In this document: piece by piece, positions 52,427 to 63,742 of the stretch
Position numbering within the stretch: position 1 is the first letter of the stretch
How the letters are laid out: every line of letters begins with the position of its first letter
Source: a virus
Taxonomy: Duplodnaviria > Heunggongvirae > Uroviricota > Caudoviricetes
Reading direction: 5' to 3' (one strand)
DNA: 64,000 nucleotides
Virus record (IMG/VR): IMGVR_UViG_3300027301_000002
Position numbers and translations under genes: made by a program
The notes under the pieces: generated by a model
Database searches by the model: none
What the model saw: only the letters and a program-made list of their open reading frames with translations
What the model was told of the DNA's origin: nothing

Positions 52427-55400
52427 TCGGAGAAAGTGCCATATAACCTTGATGTATTTCTGGAATGCGTGTGCCGCTAAGTGTTACCACTTCGCAACAA
52501 CCACTACCAACAGATGACATCTGTTCCCATGTTCTACCACCAATACCAGGACTATCTGATCTCAATTCAATAAATGAGATTGGATTTACGATACAATTCT
52601 TTTTAACTGGATCATAAGATCCCATCGATGCCCAAGACCAGCACCAGCTATTTTTACACATATCAGATCCAATGATTGTGTCAAGAGATACTCTTAGTTT
52701 ATCAAGATTTGCATACAGATGCTTAATTACCCGATTGATAACGTCTGTAAATACAAGCTCATTTTGTCCAATGAAACATTGGCTGAAATCGAATTGCGGT
52801 AGTTCTGCTGTCAACATCGGTTCCATATCAATAGATATATTACCAGCAAGATCGATGCTTCTCACATATTTGGAATGTATGTTTTTGGCGAGCAATTCGA
52901 AATTATCTTTGATTCTGTTAAATACGACATTATATACCCAGTCTTGAATCAAATCTTGTTCTTCGATCAAAATATCATCAGCTTTCCATAGTGCACCTTC
53001 AATATCATTTATAATGCTCTTGATTGAAACAAAATCTGTATTTTTATAGATTGATCGGGTGTCGATAATATAAACGCCTCTACCATACTGACAGATGCTA
53101 TTGAGTTGAGTTACATATGGCGTATATAAAGGCATAAAATATCCGAGATAATACCCCTGAGACGTAATCTTGGATATGTGTGTATTATATACGATATAAA
53201 TTATACCATCATCAATATTATTAGCATGTATTTTAACAGGAGTGCCTGCAAAAGGATTGGCGATGCCTGATATTGTGCTAACATATTCGCCTGTGTTATT
53301 GAATGTGTATATCTGGCCATCTGCTGTTAATACATATACATTCGCTGCAGTATCTGTAGTGATGGATACTAAATTATTCTTCATTACCCATTCCCCGTGA
53401 GAAATGTTATAGAAGTATTGCATCTTATCATTATAAACTTTAATGACATCATTATTCTTGTCAATCACGTATATCTTGCCTAGATTATAATGGATATCAG
53501 TCGGGGTGTTAAATCGATATGGGCGATGAGCATTGCCCAAACCACCGATTTTGTTTAAAAATGTAAACGTTCCAGTACTATATTCGATGCTGTAGACATA
53601 TACGCAATGATTCGCGGTGTCTGTTATGTATATTTCTCCATCGTCATTAATAGCAATGGAGTCTAGCTTCCCTACGTAATCTTTTTCTCCGACGAGATTA
53701 GTATCGTTTAATTTTCTCGAAAGTCGATCCAAATCATATATTTTAATACTATCCGTGATTGTATTATCTGTATTCCGATCAATTACAATTAATCTATCAT
53801 TGTATATCTTGGCATCTTGTACGTCATGAAATTCAGTAGCGTCGAATTCTGGGAAAACATTAACCCAATCTGATTCGGATACATCATTCCAACGATGGCC
53901 TTTGCTATTCTCCGCTCCTAACCATTTATTAAACAATACTGGCAACTTGGTATCATTAAGTTTTGATTTATTGATCAAATAATCAAAATTAGCAAGCAAT
54001 TTCTTGAGTGAACTATTAATATTATTAGCATTGGCAATCTCGTTTGGTGCTACATAGATTTGATCCAAACTATAAGGGAATATTAATTGTTCGTTGTATG
54101 TTCGTGCATTTTTGTCAAACGTGTCAAATGCATTAACTACATTGATAGCTCTATCATATTTCGATTCAATTGTCGTTTGAATTGATGATAGGAGCCCGTA
54201 TGTATTCGCAGATACGGAGATAGAATATACACCAATGTCATTAAGGTTGTTAAACGCAAACGTTTCAGTTGATGCTGGATATACTTGTGTCTGGCCATTA
54301 AATGTTATTGATATCGAGCCCAATCCATAATCAGCACCACCACAGTTTGTATTTTTGTAATAATTTTTGATTGTCAATGCAGACCCAATAGCATAATAAT
54401 CTTCATCCCAGAATAGATTGAATGTTGGTATCTTAATCGCCGTAATTGTGTCTACTCTTGTAGATGTTGTTGTTTTACCAATTTCTACAGAATTGTACGC
54501 ATTAGTTACTATTGTATCTGTAGATGTGATAGCCAAGACGGCACAGTTGTATGAGTCTGGATCTGTGATGATATTATCAGGAATTGTAATGGTGTTATTG
54601 TTAAATCCAGAGACTAAGCTATACTCAATCGGTCCATATGTTATTGATTGTTGTGTATCCAGACTACGAATGTTTACATATGAGGTAGTAGTACCCCCAA
54701 CAACATATTCGCCTTTATTATTTGAAGTAAATACAGCTGCATCATATAAACTACTAATTGAATCCGAATAAAAATATACATCTGCAGGCTCTGCTGATAT
54801 CACAGGCGTTGCCAAATCGATAAATTGCAATGGCTTGAAATAATCAGACGTGACGCTAGAGTTTGCTGTATAAATTACATTATTGCGATCTTGTAGTAAG
54901 TTAATTGCATTTTTAACATTGACATATGCAGTTTTATTATCATCATAATCCGCTCTCGATGTAAGAGCAGTTAATGAAGGGACTACATCTAGCTGTAGAT
55001 AATACCCCTTGACAGATATAGCAGATAATGTACCCGCAGTTCCTTTGATTGTGGCTGATGCAATTGGTGAATTGGTTACATATTCCTTTTCGTTTCCAAT
55101 GGTCCATGCATATGTTTTATATCGTGTTCCGAACGAGCTTAACACAAGTGTTTCTGTATGGCCATTTCCAACGGTTGTTAATTGTGTATTAACTGTTATT
55201 GAGTTTAGAGTGTTGACTGCTGACGGTCCTTGGTTGGTAAATGTATTAACCGTCCACACCTTTGCACTGAGCTCATTGACAGATGCTTGTGGTGATACAT
55301 ATACATAGAGTGGTTTTGACTTCAGAATAGCATACTCTCCATTTTGATATGTAAATTTTGATGATAAATTAAACGTACCAATGCCGGCGGATAATCCAGA

Positions 55401-58400
55401 TAGTGTAGAGGATGTAAATACCAATTTTTGCGTCGCAGATGCGACTGAGTATGTAGTAGATAATGCAGATGTTGATATCCATCCATGTTCGACTTGTGGT
55501 ACAGTCAACGGAGTTAATTCTGCTGTAAATGGTTGTGTTATTGAGCTCAATACGACAAGCGTATTAATTGTATCAATATTGCCAATATAGAATGCAGATC
55601 CGGCAGTACCTGCGATTGCAATATTAAATTTAGAATAGAATATATCTTGACTTGGGAAATAATTAACTGGCAATTGTATTACTTGCGTTGGTGCAATACA
55701 TGCTGGGGTGTGGAATGTTTGAATAGTAAGTCGATCTTTTTCTGGTGCAACTACATTGAGAGTTTTAGGCATCAATGTTTTGACTTTGTAATAGGCCGTG
55801 TTTCTATTGTCAACACCCAAAGGAATTTCTTGCTCATTATTTCCGTTATTGTCACATTTAAATAAAAGCGAAACACCTCGGATGCTGTCGACATTAAATG
55901 TGGTATTCTCGTATACTGGCGGATTATAGATTCTATTGTTTTTGATGAAGTAGTTTCTTAATAGAAGACTATTATCAATATCACTATCATATGATACAAC
56001 ACTAAGTCTGCTAACAACAGTACTGCTGTAACTGTATTGAGGTGTTAATAGATTTGTTGTGTTGTCTTGACCTAAATCCGGGTAATATATCATTTGCCCT
56101 GTCAAGATATTATTAGTAACTCCATAGTTTGACAAGGAAGCTCCTGTAACAGAAACACTGACAGTTATTGGATTAACTCCAATTTTATCAATTATAATTT
56201 CATTAGCATATGTTGCTTGTGTTTTGCTATGCGATGCAATTGTTTTTACAATTGGTGTTCTGGTGAATGTATTTGGTATTTCTGTAGGCTCGAGCGCATA
56301 CTCTACAACATTAGTGTATAGAGGTAATGTTTGGAAACTTACATATGGCATCGCAGACATATTCACTACATTTGATGTGCCTGCTGCTGCGGTTATTGGT
56401 ATAAATTTCGTTGTTGCATACGTTCCGTCAATATCTAAGAATTGAACATTCCAAATAATAGAGCACGCGCTCGCACTACTGGATGCAAGCATATCTTCGA
56501 TCGCAGGTAATGCTTTAATTCTGACAGAGTCCGTAGCATCATCATCTGTTGTATGATAAAAATTCAACACCATTGAATTATATGCTGCTGTTGGATACAC
56601 AGTAAACGGATCCGCTCTATATTGTAGCTGTCTGCCTAATTTAGGTGATTTATAGATATATGTTTTTGATTCTTTGATTGGTGTGGTGATATCATCATAT
56701 TGGCATCCAATAACTTGTGAGTACATCTTCAATTCATAATCAACTTCTACTGGCGAATCTGGTGGTGTGATGATGCAGAATTTAGATGATAGAGGGACAA
56801 GCGCGGAGGTGAATCGATGTGTTTGTGGGTTGAGTGTTAAAATTCTGCCGTCATATGGCTCAATAGTCGCGCCTATGGTTTTGTCGTAAATTGTATTGCC
56901 TGTCGAATAACGAATATTCAGCATACCGACTTTATTATCGATCAGGTTAAAATTGCGGAAAAAGTTATTAAATACAGTCTCATTCGCATTGGTGTTAAAT
57001 GCATATACATACTCAAACAATGTGCCAAGTTCTTTTTCTGCAGTTGCAAGATAATACGCAATCGATATGTAATTTGTGCTACTATAATTTGGATTCAACG
57101 TCCCTTTGATTAGCGTTGGATAATCAATCGCAGTTTTGATTAGCGATATCTCATAATTGAATCTAGCGTAGTTTTGATCGGCGTAGTATTTAAGAATTTC
57201 GTCATATTTCGTTTGTGTTATGGCACCGCGGCGCAGTGTGTCTTTAAATGCCTTGACATACAAATCAAATACAGTCTCAAGACCAAGACTGAATATCAAT
57301 TTAACAATATTCAAATTGGTACCCAAATATGCAGGATTACTTAATGTTAATGACGAAGCAACATCATATGCGGCAGGCCAGGCTGCAAAGACAAAGCTCT
57401 TGGTCAACAAATCTATGATAACGTTATATTCCTCTGCAGTAATACTTGTGCTTCCGATTAATTTGCCAATACTGAATAAATCATTTGTCAATACAAAGCT
57501 GAGAGTATCATTTCCAGTAGACCCTGCAGCTGCTAGAGATGAGAGAACGGGGCTCAGTTCCGCACACAGACTTTCAATTGGAGTCTTAAATTCATTCGCA
57601 GTACTACTCGACGTCGACTGCAAGATATATGCACGACACTCTTCATTAAACGTGGTCTGTACATTTTTGAAATAATTGCCTGTTGTGGTGAGCTTGTAGA
57701 ATATTTCAGTATCGAAATCATCCAGGGATATGCTCGATCTCGATACTCCAGCCAATTCTTTTATTGTTTGCTGTATGAGATTAATGAATACTTTAGCACC
57801 GCCATTAATAAATGATATAGATTGATCAAATATAGATGTTTTAATTGCGGTATTTAATCCGTACAATTGTAATGCAATTTTATTATCATCGTATAAATCA
57901 GATGCATCTGTTTCATAGAACAATGCAACATCTCTTAATGACATTGACAGATCTCCTGACAAGAATGCAGTTTGAGCTGAAATCGCACTAGTTTCGACTT
58001 GATATGTTTGGTTTGCAGATCTTCTTAGTTCGTATGGATATGTTATGTCATACACATTCATAGACACTTCATATGGTGTTAATTGCCCGTTTGATTCAAT
58101 TTTATATACAGATAGAGTCGGTGTTTGAGTTCTATTGTCTACTTTAGTAACCGCACCCAAGCAATTGAATTGCAAGTAGCCATAATATGCATCGCTTGAA
58201 GCGAATGGTAGTATTGTAGTGCCGTAATTGCTAACTATATGTGGTGTAATAAAAGCAGAATTGCTTGTCACAGCTGTTCTAGCACTTAGGGTGTTAAACA
58301 CCATTTGAAGCCCGTTGACTTTTGATGTATTGGTATTTGAAGTTATTGTACTTGTGTATGTGAATAGCCACAGTGGCGTATTTGTCGAGCTGAATGAAAT

Positions 58401-59834
58401 CGACGAAACGGCATTAAATGAAGTTAATGCATTCAAACCAATTTGTATCGATGATGCGTAATTATACGCCTTAATCGATGTGATTGTTGATGGATATGTT
58501 GGGTAGTCGTTTCTGTCTACAATCGATGACAAATTATATACGCTAACATCGTATCTTGCAAATACATTATTGCCTACAGTTCGTACACTTTTATCAATCA
58601 GGCTCAATTCATGATCGTTAGGAGATTGGCCAATTACTTGATACGTAGGATAGCCAGCAAAATCGTCATACTTGTTATCGTAAAATCCACGCAACAGCGC
58701 ATTTCCTGTAAGTTTATATCCCGTGTTTAAGAAAAGAGCAAACGCACCAGTTTGATAATTAATAACACTTGTTGCGCTGTTAACAAAATATTCATTGAAA
58801 ATTGGGTCCCTCCCTACAAGGTTACCAGAGACTGGATTAGCTCCCGTCATAGGAATGTCCCGCACAAATGCAGTTCCAGAGCTGATAACAGGGACTGTAA
58901 CGGATGACAATTCTTTTAGCAATGTTTCGCGATATCCCGAACTATATCCATATGTTGCAGGTATTTCATCGAACGTATACTCACTATCTTTATAGAGAGG
59001 GCTGTCGTATGAAAATTCTAGAACAATGCTACCAGGCAGCAATTCTTCGCCTAGTGATTGTGACGCACCTGCTACTGATAATAAGTTATTCGAGAAAGAC
59101 GACGCACCGTCTACTGTGGTTGCTACATTTACATCAACATGGCGATATACTTTTGGTGTGTTGATAATAGCACTTAACGCACTGATTTGATTCGTTGTAA
59201 TTGGTGTATAAGATGCAGGCGAAACTGCATAATTCAAAAATGCAAAATTATATGGCGATGTATTTGCTTGGCCTGTTTCTAAAGTGCTACTTGTAAATAA
59301 GTCATATTCCCAATTTCTTAATCTCGCAGATAAATCGAGACGACCCGATGCAATAATTGCTGATGGTTCCCTATTGTCTGTATATGTTAAATGCGATGGT
59401 ATAATGTAATATGCAGACCCTGCCGTTAGTGCCATAGATGCCAACTGATCTTGTTGCTGCCCTTCTGTTCCTGAAAATGTAAATATCGATTTATTAAATA
59501 TTCTACTAGTAAAAGTCGAATGATCGTTAAACGGCAAATAAAGCCCGCTTGTTGTTGATTTGATTGTAAACGACGGCACCCCAGATAGTGTTGACTGTGC
59601 CAATTCTGTAATAACAGCTTCGACTGTTGCACCTGTTGTATATGTAAGTCGCGGCACAATTACTGCATTTAAAGATGCGGAATTGTGTATTCCGTCAATA
59701 TTAATCGCAATCGTAAGAGGCGTATATCCCGCAATTGAATAAATGGGGCCCGAACCAGTAGTCGATAGTGCTGAATGCGTTACTCTGAACGATTCATTTG
59801 GCCAAGCAGTTAATGTCGAAACTTCTACAAACAT
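52362..59834 (-). CDS. giant (2490 aa) virion fibre/structural protein with NHL-like beta-propeller repeats
   Basis: Continuous 7.5-kb ORF with Thr/Ser/Asn/Tyr-rich beta composition and NHL-type repeats (GEIYITDTANHCVYVY; GRGVYIIDTRS). Confidence 0.7.
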   Translation of the reverse strand: MFVEVSTLTAWPNESFRVTHSALSTTGSGPIYSIAGYTPLTIAINIDGIHNSASLNAVIVPRLTYTTGATVEAVITELAQSTLSGVPSFTIKSTTSGLYLPFNDHSTFTSRIFNKSIFTFSGTEGQQQDQLASMALTAGSAYYIIPSHLTYTDNREPSAIIASGRLDLSARLRNWEYDLFTSSTLETGQANTSPYNFAFLNYAVSPASYTPITTNQISALSAIINTPKVYRHVDVNVATTVDGASSFSNNLLSVAGASQSLGEELLPGSIVLEFSYDSPLYKDSEYTFDEIPATYGYSSGYRETLLKELSSVTVPVISSGTAFVRDIPMTGANPVSGNLVGRDPIFNEYFVNSATSVINYQTGAFALFLNTGYKLTGNALLRGFYDNKYDDFAGYPTYQVIGQSPNDHELSLIDKSVRTVGNNVFARYDVSVYNLSSIVDRNDYPTYPSTITSIKAYNYASSIQIGLNALTSFNAVSSISFSSTNTPLWLFTYTSTITSNTNTSKVNGLQMVFNTLSARTAVTSNSAFITPHIVSNYGTTILPFASSDAYYGYLQFNCLGAVTKVDNRTQTPTLSVYKIESNGQLTPYEVSMNVYDITYPYELRRSANQTYQVETSAISAQTAFLSGDLSMSLRDVALFYETDASDLYDDNKIALQLYGLNTAIKTSIFDQSISFINGGAKVFINLIQQTIKELAGVSRSSISLDDFDTEIFYKLTTTGNYFKNVQTTFNEECRAYILQSTSSSTANEFKTPIESLCAELSPVLSSLAAAGSTGNDTLSFVLTNDLFSIGKLIGSTSITAEEYNVIIDLLTKSFVFAAWPAAYDVASSLTLSNPAYLGTNLNIVKLIFSLGLETVFDLYVKAFKDTLRRGAITQTKYDEILKYYADQNYARFNYEISLIKTAIDYPTLIKGTLNPNYSSTNYISIAYYLATAEKELGTLFEYVYAFNTNANETVFNNFFRNFNLIDNKVGMLNIRYSTGNTIYDKTIGATIEPYDGRILTLNPQTHRFTSALVPLSSKFCIITPPDSPVEVDYELKMYSQVIGCQYDDITTPIKESKTYIYKSPKLGRQLQYRADPFTVYPTAAYNSMVLNFYHTTDDDATDSVRIKALPAIEDMLASSSASACSIIWNVQFLDIDGTYATTKFIPITAAAGTSNVVNMSAMPYVSFQTLPLYTNVVEYALEPTEIPNTFTRTPIVKTIASHSKTQATYANEIIIDKIGVNPITVSVSVTGASLSNYGVTNNILTGQMIYYPDLGQDNTTNLLTPQYSYSSTVVSRLSVVSYDSDIDNSLLLRNYFIKNNRIYNPPVYENTTFNVDSIRGVSLLFKCDNNGNNEQEIPLGVDNRNTAYYKVKTLMPKTLNVVAPEKDRLTIQTFHTPACIAPTQVIQLPVNYFPSQDIFYSKFNIAIAGTAGSAFYIGNIDTINTLVVLSSITQPFTAELTPLTVPQVEHGWISTSALSTTYSVASATQKLVFTSSTLSGLSAGIGTFNLSSKFTYQNGEYAILKSKPLYVYVSPQASVNELSAKVWTVNTFTNQGPSAVNTLNSITVNTQLTTVGNGHTETLVLSSFGTRYKTYAWTIGNEKEYVTNSPIASATIKGTAGTLSAISVKGYYLQLDVVPSLTALTSRADYDDNKTAYVNVKNAINLLQDRNNVIYTANSSVTSDYFKPLQFIDLATPVISAEPADVYFYSDSISSLYDAAVFTSNNKGEYVVGGTTTSYVNIRSLDTQQSITYGPIEYSLVSGFNNNTITIPDNIITDPDSYNCAVLAITSTDTIVTNAYNSVEIGKTTTSTRVDTITAIKIPTFNLFWDEDYYAIGSALTIKNYYKNTNCGGADYGLGSISITFNGQTQVYPASTETFAFNNLNDIGVYSISVSANTYGLLSSIQTTIESKYDRAINVVNAFDTFDKNARTYNEQLIFPYSLDQIYVAPNEIANANNINSSLKKLLANFDYLINKSKLNDTKLPVLFNKWLGAENSKGHRWNDVSESDWVNVFPEFDATEFHDVQDAKIYNDRLIVIDRNTDNTITDSIKIYDLDRLSRKLNDTNLVGEKDYVGKLDSIAINDDGEIYITDTANHCVYVYSIEYSTGTFTFLNKIGGLGNAHRPYRFNTPTDIHYNLGKIYVIDKNNDVIKVYNDKMQYFYNISHGEWVMKNNLVSITTDTAANVYVLTADGQIYTFNNTGEYVSTISGIANPFAGTPVKIHANNIDDGIIYIVYNTHISKITSQGYYLGYFMPLYTPYVTQLNSICQYGRGVYIIDTRSIYKNTDFVSIKSIINDIEGALWKADDILIEEQDLIQDWVYNVVFNRIKDNFELLAKNIHSKYVRSIDLAGNISIDMEPMLTAELPQFDFSQCFIGQNELVFTDVINRVIKHLYANLDKLRVSLDTIIGSDMCKNSWCWSWASMGSYDPVKKNCIVNPISFIELRSDSPGIGGRTWEQMSSVGSGCCEVVTLSGTRIPEIHQGYMALSPNGSVLSLGGNSSILSLYSLSS

Positions 59835-59859
59835 CTCTAATATTTAGATGACGTATTGT

Positions 59860-62800
59860 TTATTCCCACACGATTTTGTTTAGTTTAGCACCAACGGGTG
59901 TTATCTTCGTCAATGCCTTGCAAATAGCGTCCTCAATTGATTCTTTTAAATCTTCACTATCCAAGTCGCTATTCAAAATGCGTATGTTGAAAATATTTGA
60001 CTTAAACCCAGGAGTCCTGTGCGTATTGAACCTATCAATCGTCTCTATATATTGCCTTGTCGGTGCCGTGACGTTAAATTCGACTGGGGTGAATTTAAGT
60101 TTCTTTCTAGATAACACCAAGACATCTCTTTCAGATAGTGCGCAGGAATAAACTCTAATGTCATCGATCTTGCCCACCATAGTTGGTTTTTTATCTAAAA
60201 GCCATGTATATTCCTTTGTATCGTGACTATCGTTTGTGTTGCCAATATAAAATGTATTTTTATTAGTATAATCCAACATGTATTGGCCCTCCGCAAATGA
60301 AATACTATCTATTGTTTGCCCATCGACATATAGTCTGGCGACTCCATTAGCAGAATCAAAAGTAAGTGCTAAGTGGTGCCATCCTCTCGACAATGCGTTT
60401 GTAGGTGCTATAAGTTCTTTTGCCGATACGGATGTTCCGTTTGTAATTTTGAAATTGGCTGTAATATAATTTTTGTCATCCAAGCCAGGATTTAACAATT
60501 TGGCATCGCGATAAAAATTATATTTTGTGCAATATTTTGCGAAAGTCAAATTCAATTTGTTACGATCTCTGCCTGGATAATTGCCTGTGCTGAAATAATC
60601 GGTTGGTTTAATTATTTTCTCAAATCTGCCAGACGAAGAATATTTTATGATCGATTGTTTGTCCATAACCCAAATGAAATCCTTCCAACCAGAATTGGTG
60701 AGTTCACGAGTTATTGCTAATTTTTTAGGCCCGGAGGATATATACGGGTATGTTCTTTTTAGTAAAATACTACCGTCTTTGTCAAAATGGTAAAGTGTAT
60801 CATCTTTGATCATCCACAAATTAAGATCACCATCTACTTTCAGATCGTCTGGTGATGTAATATGCAAAATGTAATTAATGTTATTTTTGATCAGGTTGCT
60901 TCCAAAATGATGCCAGTAGTTCCCGCTTAAATCCTCAAATGCTGTAGTACCAATATATGGTTGTATATTTGATGCACTGTCTATAAAAAATCCAGTAATA
61001 TCAAATCCCTGCAGTGTTGATAATGGCAAGAAAGTATTTGTGAGAAATGCTAAAGGTTTAGTAGTCAGAAGGTCGCCATTTCGGTCATATTTTTTAAATA
61101 CCTTGTTACTGCTATACACGTAAAAATTGTTGTATTTGTCATGTCTGGCATATTTGTATGTCGTTGCCGGGAGGTCAATAATATTCTCAAATACATTATT
61201 AATTGGATTATAGACAAATATTTTATTCTGATTATCGTCCAATATCCAAGCACGTCCTTCGCCATCAACGCTCATATCTGTAACCGCTGCATTTGTGCCT
61301 GGAATTGCTTTATCAAAAAGATATCTTCCTTCTGTATTTGTTACGAAAATATGACCGTATGTGCTATCAGTATAAATCAAGAAATCATCTTTAATTCCTG
61401 TGTGATATGATAAACCATAACCACCATTATAATAATTTCCAATTATTTGATCTGCTGCTGCATTTGACCAGTTGTCAAAATAAACCCACGCAGCCACGGT
61501 CAGGTTGTATTTTGCAAAGAATGATTCGCTTGCGGAATACGAAATATACTCACTGCCTGTAAATGTAAATTCCGAGTTATTAAACCTTGTATAGGTTATG
61601 TTATCTTCGGTACTATTTGTTGCGTTTTCAAGATTGGCTTTAGTCCAATTTTTAATTTCAAGGACCTTGTCACAATTATTGAAATCAGCATCTTCAATTA
61701 GCTTTAAGCTATACTCTGCGCCGATATGAAAATATTTGTACAAAACACCAGCCTCGAATGTCAATGTTGATGGCGCGTCTGAAATATACGGATTTGGTTC
61801 ATCTGCAGTTAGTGCTAGCTTATATTCAATCTGTTGTGGATTATACCATCTATCAACCCATATAGACTGACAATTATTGCCACTCAGCCAACTGCAAAGC
61901 CATGTGCCGTTTCGTGTTGTAGAATTGCCATTGTTTGTGCTCGTTTCGTATCCGAATTGTGATTTCCAAATACGATCTGCTTTTATAGGAGATAGGCCAG
62001 CTATAGCACCAGCTTCAATCAAACCAGATGACGAAATTGGTACCGTTGATGTACCATATGGATAATGGAAGTATGTCAGCTTATCTGGTTCTAAATTAAA
62101 TTGTTTCGTTGATGCACTATATGATGTAGTGACTTTATTATAAGCGTCATCGACAATATTATCACCTAGAGTAACTGTTTGGTAGTCCCGATTTAACACT
62201 ACATCATTTCTTTTACTATATTTGTATTCTGGTGTGAAAAGATTCTTTAGAGATACCGCATTTGATTTTAGCTGTCCTGTATAGTCTGTGGTTGGTGTGT
62301 ATGTGCCACTATCTTTGAACGATGTGGCGATTAAATAGTTATTAGGAAACGATTGACTCGATGCGATTTCCATGTCTCCGTAAATTGTGTCATTATTATC
62401 AATTACACTTTCATATTTTACATAGCGGCTCGAATTTAATGTATATGGCTTGATAGACAAATCTACATTTTTAAGCTTGAACAAATATGAATAGCAGCTA
62501 TTGGCAGATAATGGGTTGTAGGTTTCAAAGGTCACCAATGATGTTCCTGGTGTTGATTCGTCATATGAAACCACACGATACCCACTAGTGTCGCACGTGC
62601 TACAAAATAATACAAGAGTGTTTGTGTCTGTATTCAGAATATATTTGAATTTTTGAAGATGTTCTATGTCGGAGTTATATACATCAAAATAAGCACATGC
62701 TCCAGTGGCGTCGACTGTTAGATATAAGCGCTGATTTAAATCTTCCGAAACAATGCTTAGTGCATCATCGTTTGTGTCAAACTCTAATTGGAATATATTA

Positions 62801-63132
62801 TTCGTAGATTCCGCAGATGTTGCGATATTTGCAGAATCATACCGAGTTCTTGTTAAATAATACCCACTCGCTGAGGTCATAATACAGTTGCGTATTAAAT
62901 TGTTTTGGTATTTGACCTCATCTCTTTTTGTTTCAATGGTTGGTGCCTCTATAAGATCAGTTAAAAATACAAGACTATTTTCGTTAAAATCCAAACTACG
63001 AATACATGATGCAAGATTATTTTCTGAGAAAATTAACCCATCGCTGGTACCAATAACGGCATCGCTTAAATCTAGCTTATTATTGATATAGCTAACGCTA
63101 ACTGGTTTCCAGTCGATGTATTTTACTGCCAT
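59860..63132 (-). CDS. large (1090 aa) structural protein with NHL-like repeats and C-terminal LamG/ConA-like lectin domain
   Basis: GRYLFDKAIPGTNAAVTDMSVDGEGRAWILDDNQNKIFVYNP (NHL-like) and SRGWHHLALTFDSANGVARLYVDGQTIDS...YIGN (LamG signature). Confidence 0.65.
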   Translation of the reverse strand: MAVKYIDWKPVSVSYINNKLDLSDAVIGTSDGLIFSENNLASCIRSLDFNENSLVFLTDLIEAPTIETKRDEVKYQNNLIRNCIMTSASGYYLTRTRYDSANIATSAESTNNIFQLEFDTNDDALSIVSEDLNQRLYLTVDATGACAYFDVYNSDIEHLQKFKYILNTDTNTLVLFCSTCDTSGYRVVSYDESTPGTSLVTFETYNPLSANSCYSYLFKLKNVDLSIKPYTLNSSRYVKYESVIDNNDTIYGDMEIASSQSFPNNYLIATSFKDSGTYTPTTDYTGQLKSNAVSLKNLFTPEYKYSKRNDVVLNRDYQTVTLGDNIVDDAYNKVTTSYSASTKQFNLEPDKLTYFHYPYGTSTVPISSSGLIEAGAIAGLSPIKADRIWKSQFGYETSTNNGNSTTRNGTWLCSWLSGNNCQSIWVDRWYNPQQIEYKLALTADEPNPYISDAPSTLTFEAGVLYKYFHIGAEYSLKLIEDADFNNCDKVLEIKNWTKANLENATNSTEDNITYTRFNNSEFTFTGSEYISYSASESFFAKYNLTVAAWVYFDNWSNAAADQIIGNYYNGGYGLSYHTGIKDDFLIYTDSTYGHIFVTNTEGRYLFDKAIPGTNAAVTDMSVDGEGRAWILDDNQNKIFVYNPINNVFENIIDLPATTYKYARHDKYNNFYVYSSNKVFKKYDRNGDLLTTKPLAFLTNTFLPLSTLQGFDITGFFIDSASNIQPYIGTTAFEDLSGNYWHHFGSNLIKNNINYILHITSPDDLKVDGDLNLWMIKDDTLYHFDKDGSILLKRTYPYISSGPKKLAITRELTNSGWKDFIWVMDKQSIIKYSSSGRFEKIIKPTDYFSTGNYPGRDRNKLNLTFAKYCTKYNFYRDAKLLNPGLDDKNYITANFKITNGTSVSAKELIAPTNALSRGWHHLALTFDSANGVARLYVDGQTIDSISFAEGQYMLDYTNKNTFYIGNTNDSHDTKEYTWLLDKKPTMVGKIDDIRVYSCALSERDVLVLSRKKLKFTPVEFNVTAPTRQYIETIDRFNTHRTPGFKSNIFNIRILNSDLDSEDLKESIEDAICKALTKITPVGAKLNKIVWE

Positions 63133-63153
63133 AGATTTATTTAGGGGTATAGT

Positions 63154-63705
63154 TTAATCATTGAAATACTTTGCACATAAAGAGCGATATGTGCTGTCTG
63201 AAGTAATCGAACTGTCAAAATTTGGATCTGCTATTACTGTATATATTTTCCCTGTTGTTTGATTTTCAAAAACTAAGAGCATTTCATTTTTGTTGATGTA
63301 CCTTGTTTTGATTAGTCTTGTTGTGCTTCCATTGATAGATGATGCTGAATCTAGACGTATCGGGCCCACCGGCACGGCGTATGCGGTTGGTTGGAAAGTA
63401 GTGACGCTGTATGCAGAAATGCGGACCGTGAATGTTTTTTGATCTAATATGCTCTGTCTTGTATATGTTTTGGAAATATTATAATTACGCACATTCCCGG
63501 GATCTGCCGAAACTGGAAGTGCTGAGACGGCCGAAGCAGGTGCAGACGAAGCAAACCAAAAAACGGTCCTAGACGAACCATCCCCAAAATCAAAATATAC
63601 CTTTGCAAGATTTGCGGGTGGAAGTGTGGACATTAAGAACGTTACAGTTATAGGCGACGTCCCACTGATTGCTGATATGCTTGTTAGATTGACATTTGCT
63701 GTCAT
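63154..63705 (-). CDS. hypothetical structural protein
   Basis: 183 aa, first gene of the minus-strand structural block. Confidence 0.5.
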   Translation of the reverse strand: MTANVNLTSISAISGTSPITVTFLMSTLPPANLAKVYFDFGDGSSRTVFWFASSAPASAVSALPVSADPGNVRNYNISKTYTRQSILDQKTFTVRISAYSVTTFQPTAYAVPVGPIRLDSASSINGSTTRLIKTRYINKNEMLLVFENQTTGKIYTVIADPNFDSSITSDSTYRSLCAKYFND

Positions 63706-63742
63706 ACAAATATTTACGTTGCAAATCTTTTAAACAAAGATT

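Noticed and set aside
59876-63091. Small plus-strand ORFs (59876..60151, 60278..60469, 61141..61410, 61877..62065, 62888..63091) inside the 1090-aa structural gene, and similar ones inside the 2490-aa gene (52672..59742)
   Set aside because: All are short antisense ORFs within long uninterrupted minus-strand coding regions.
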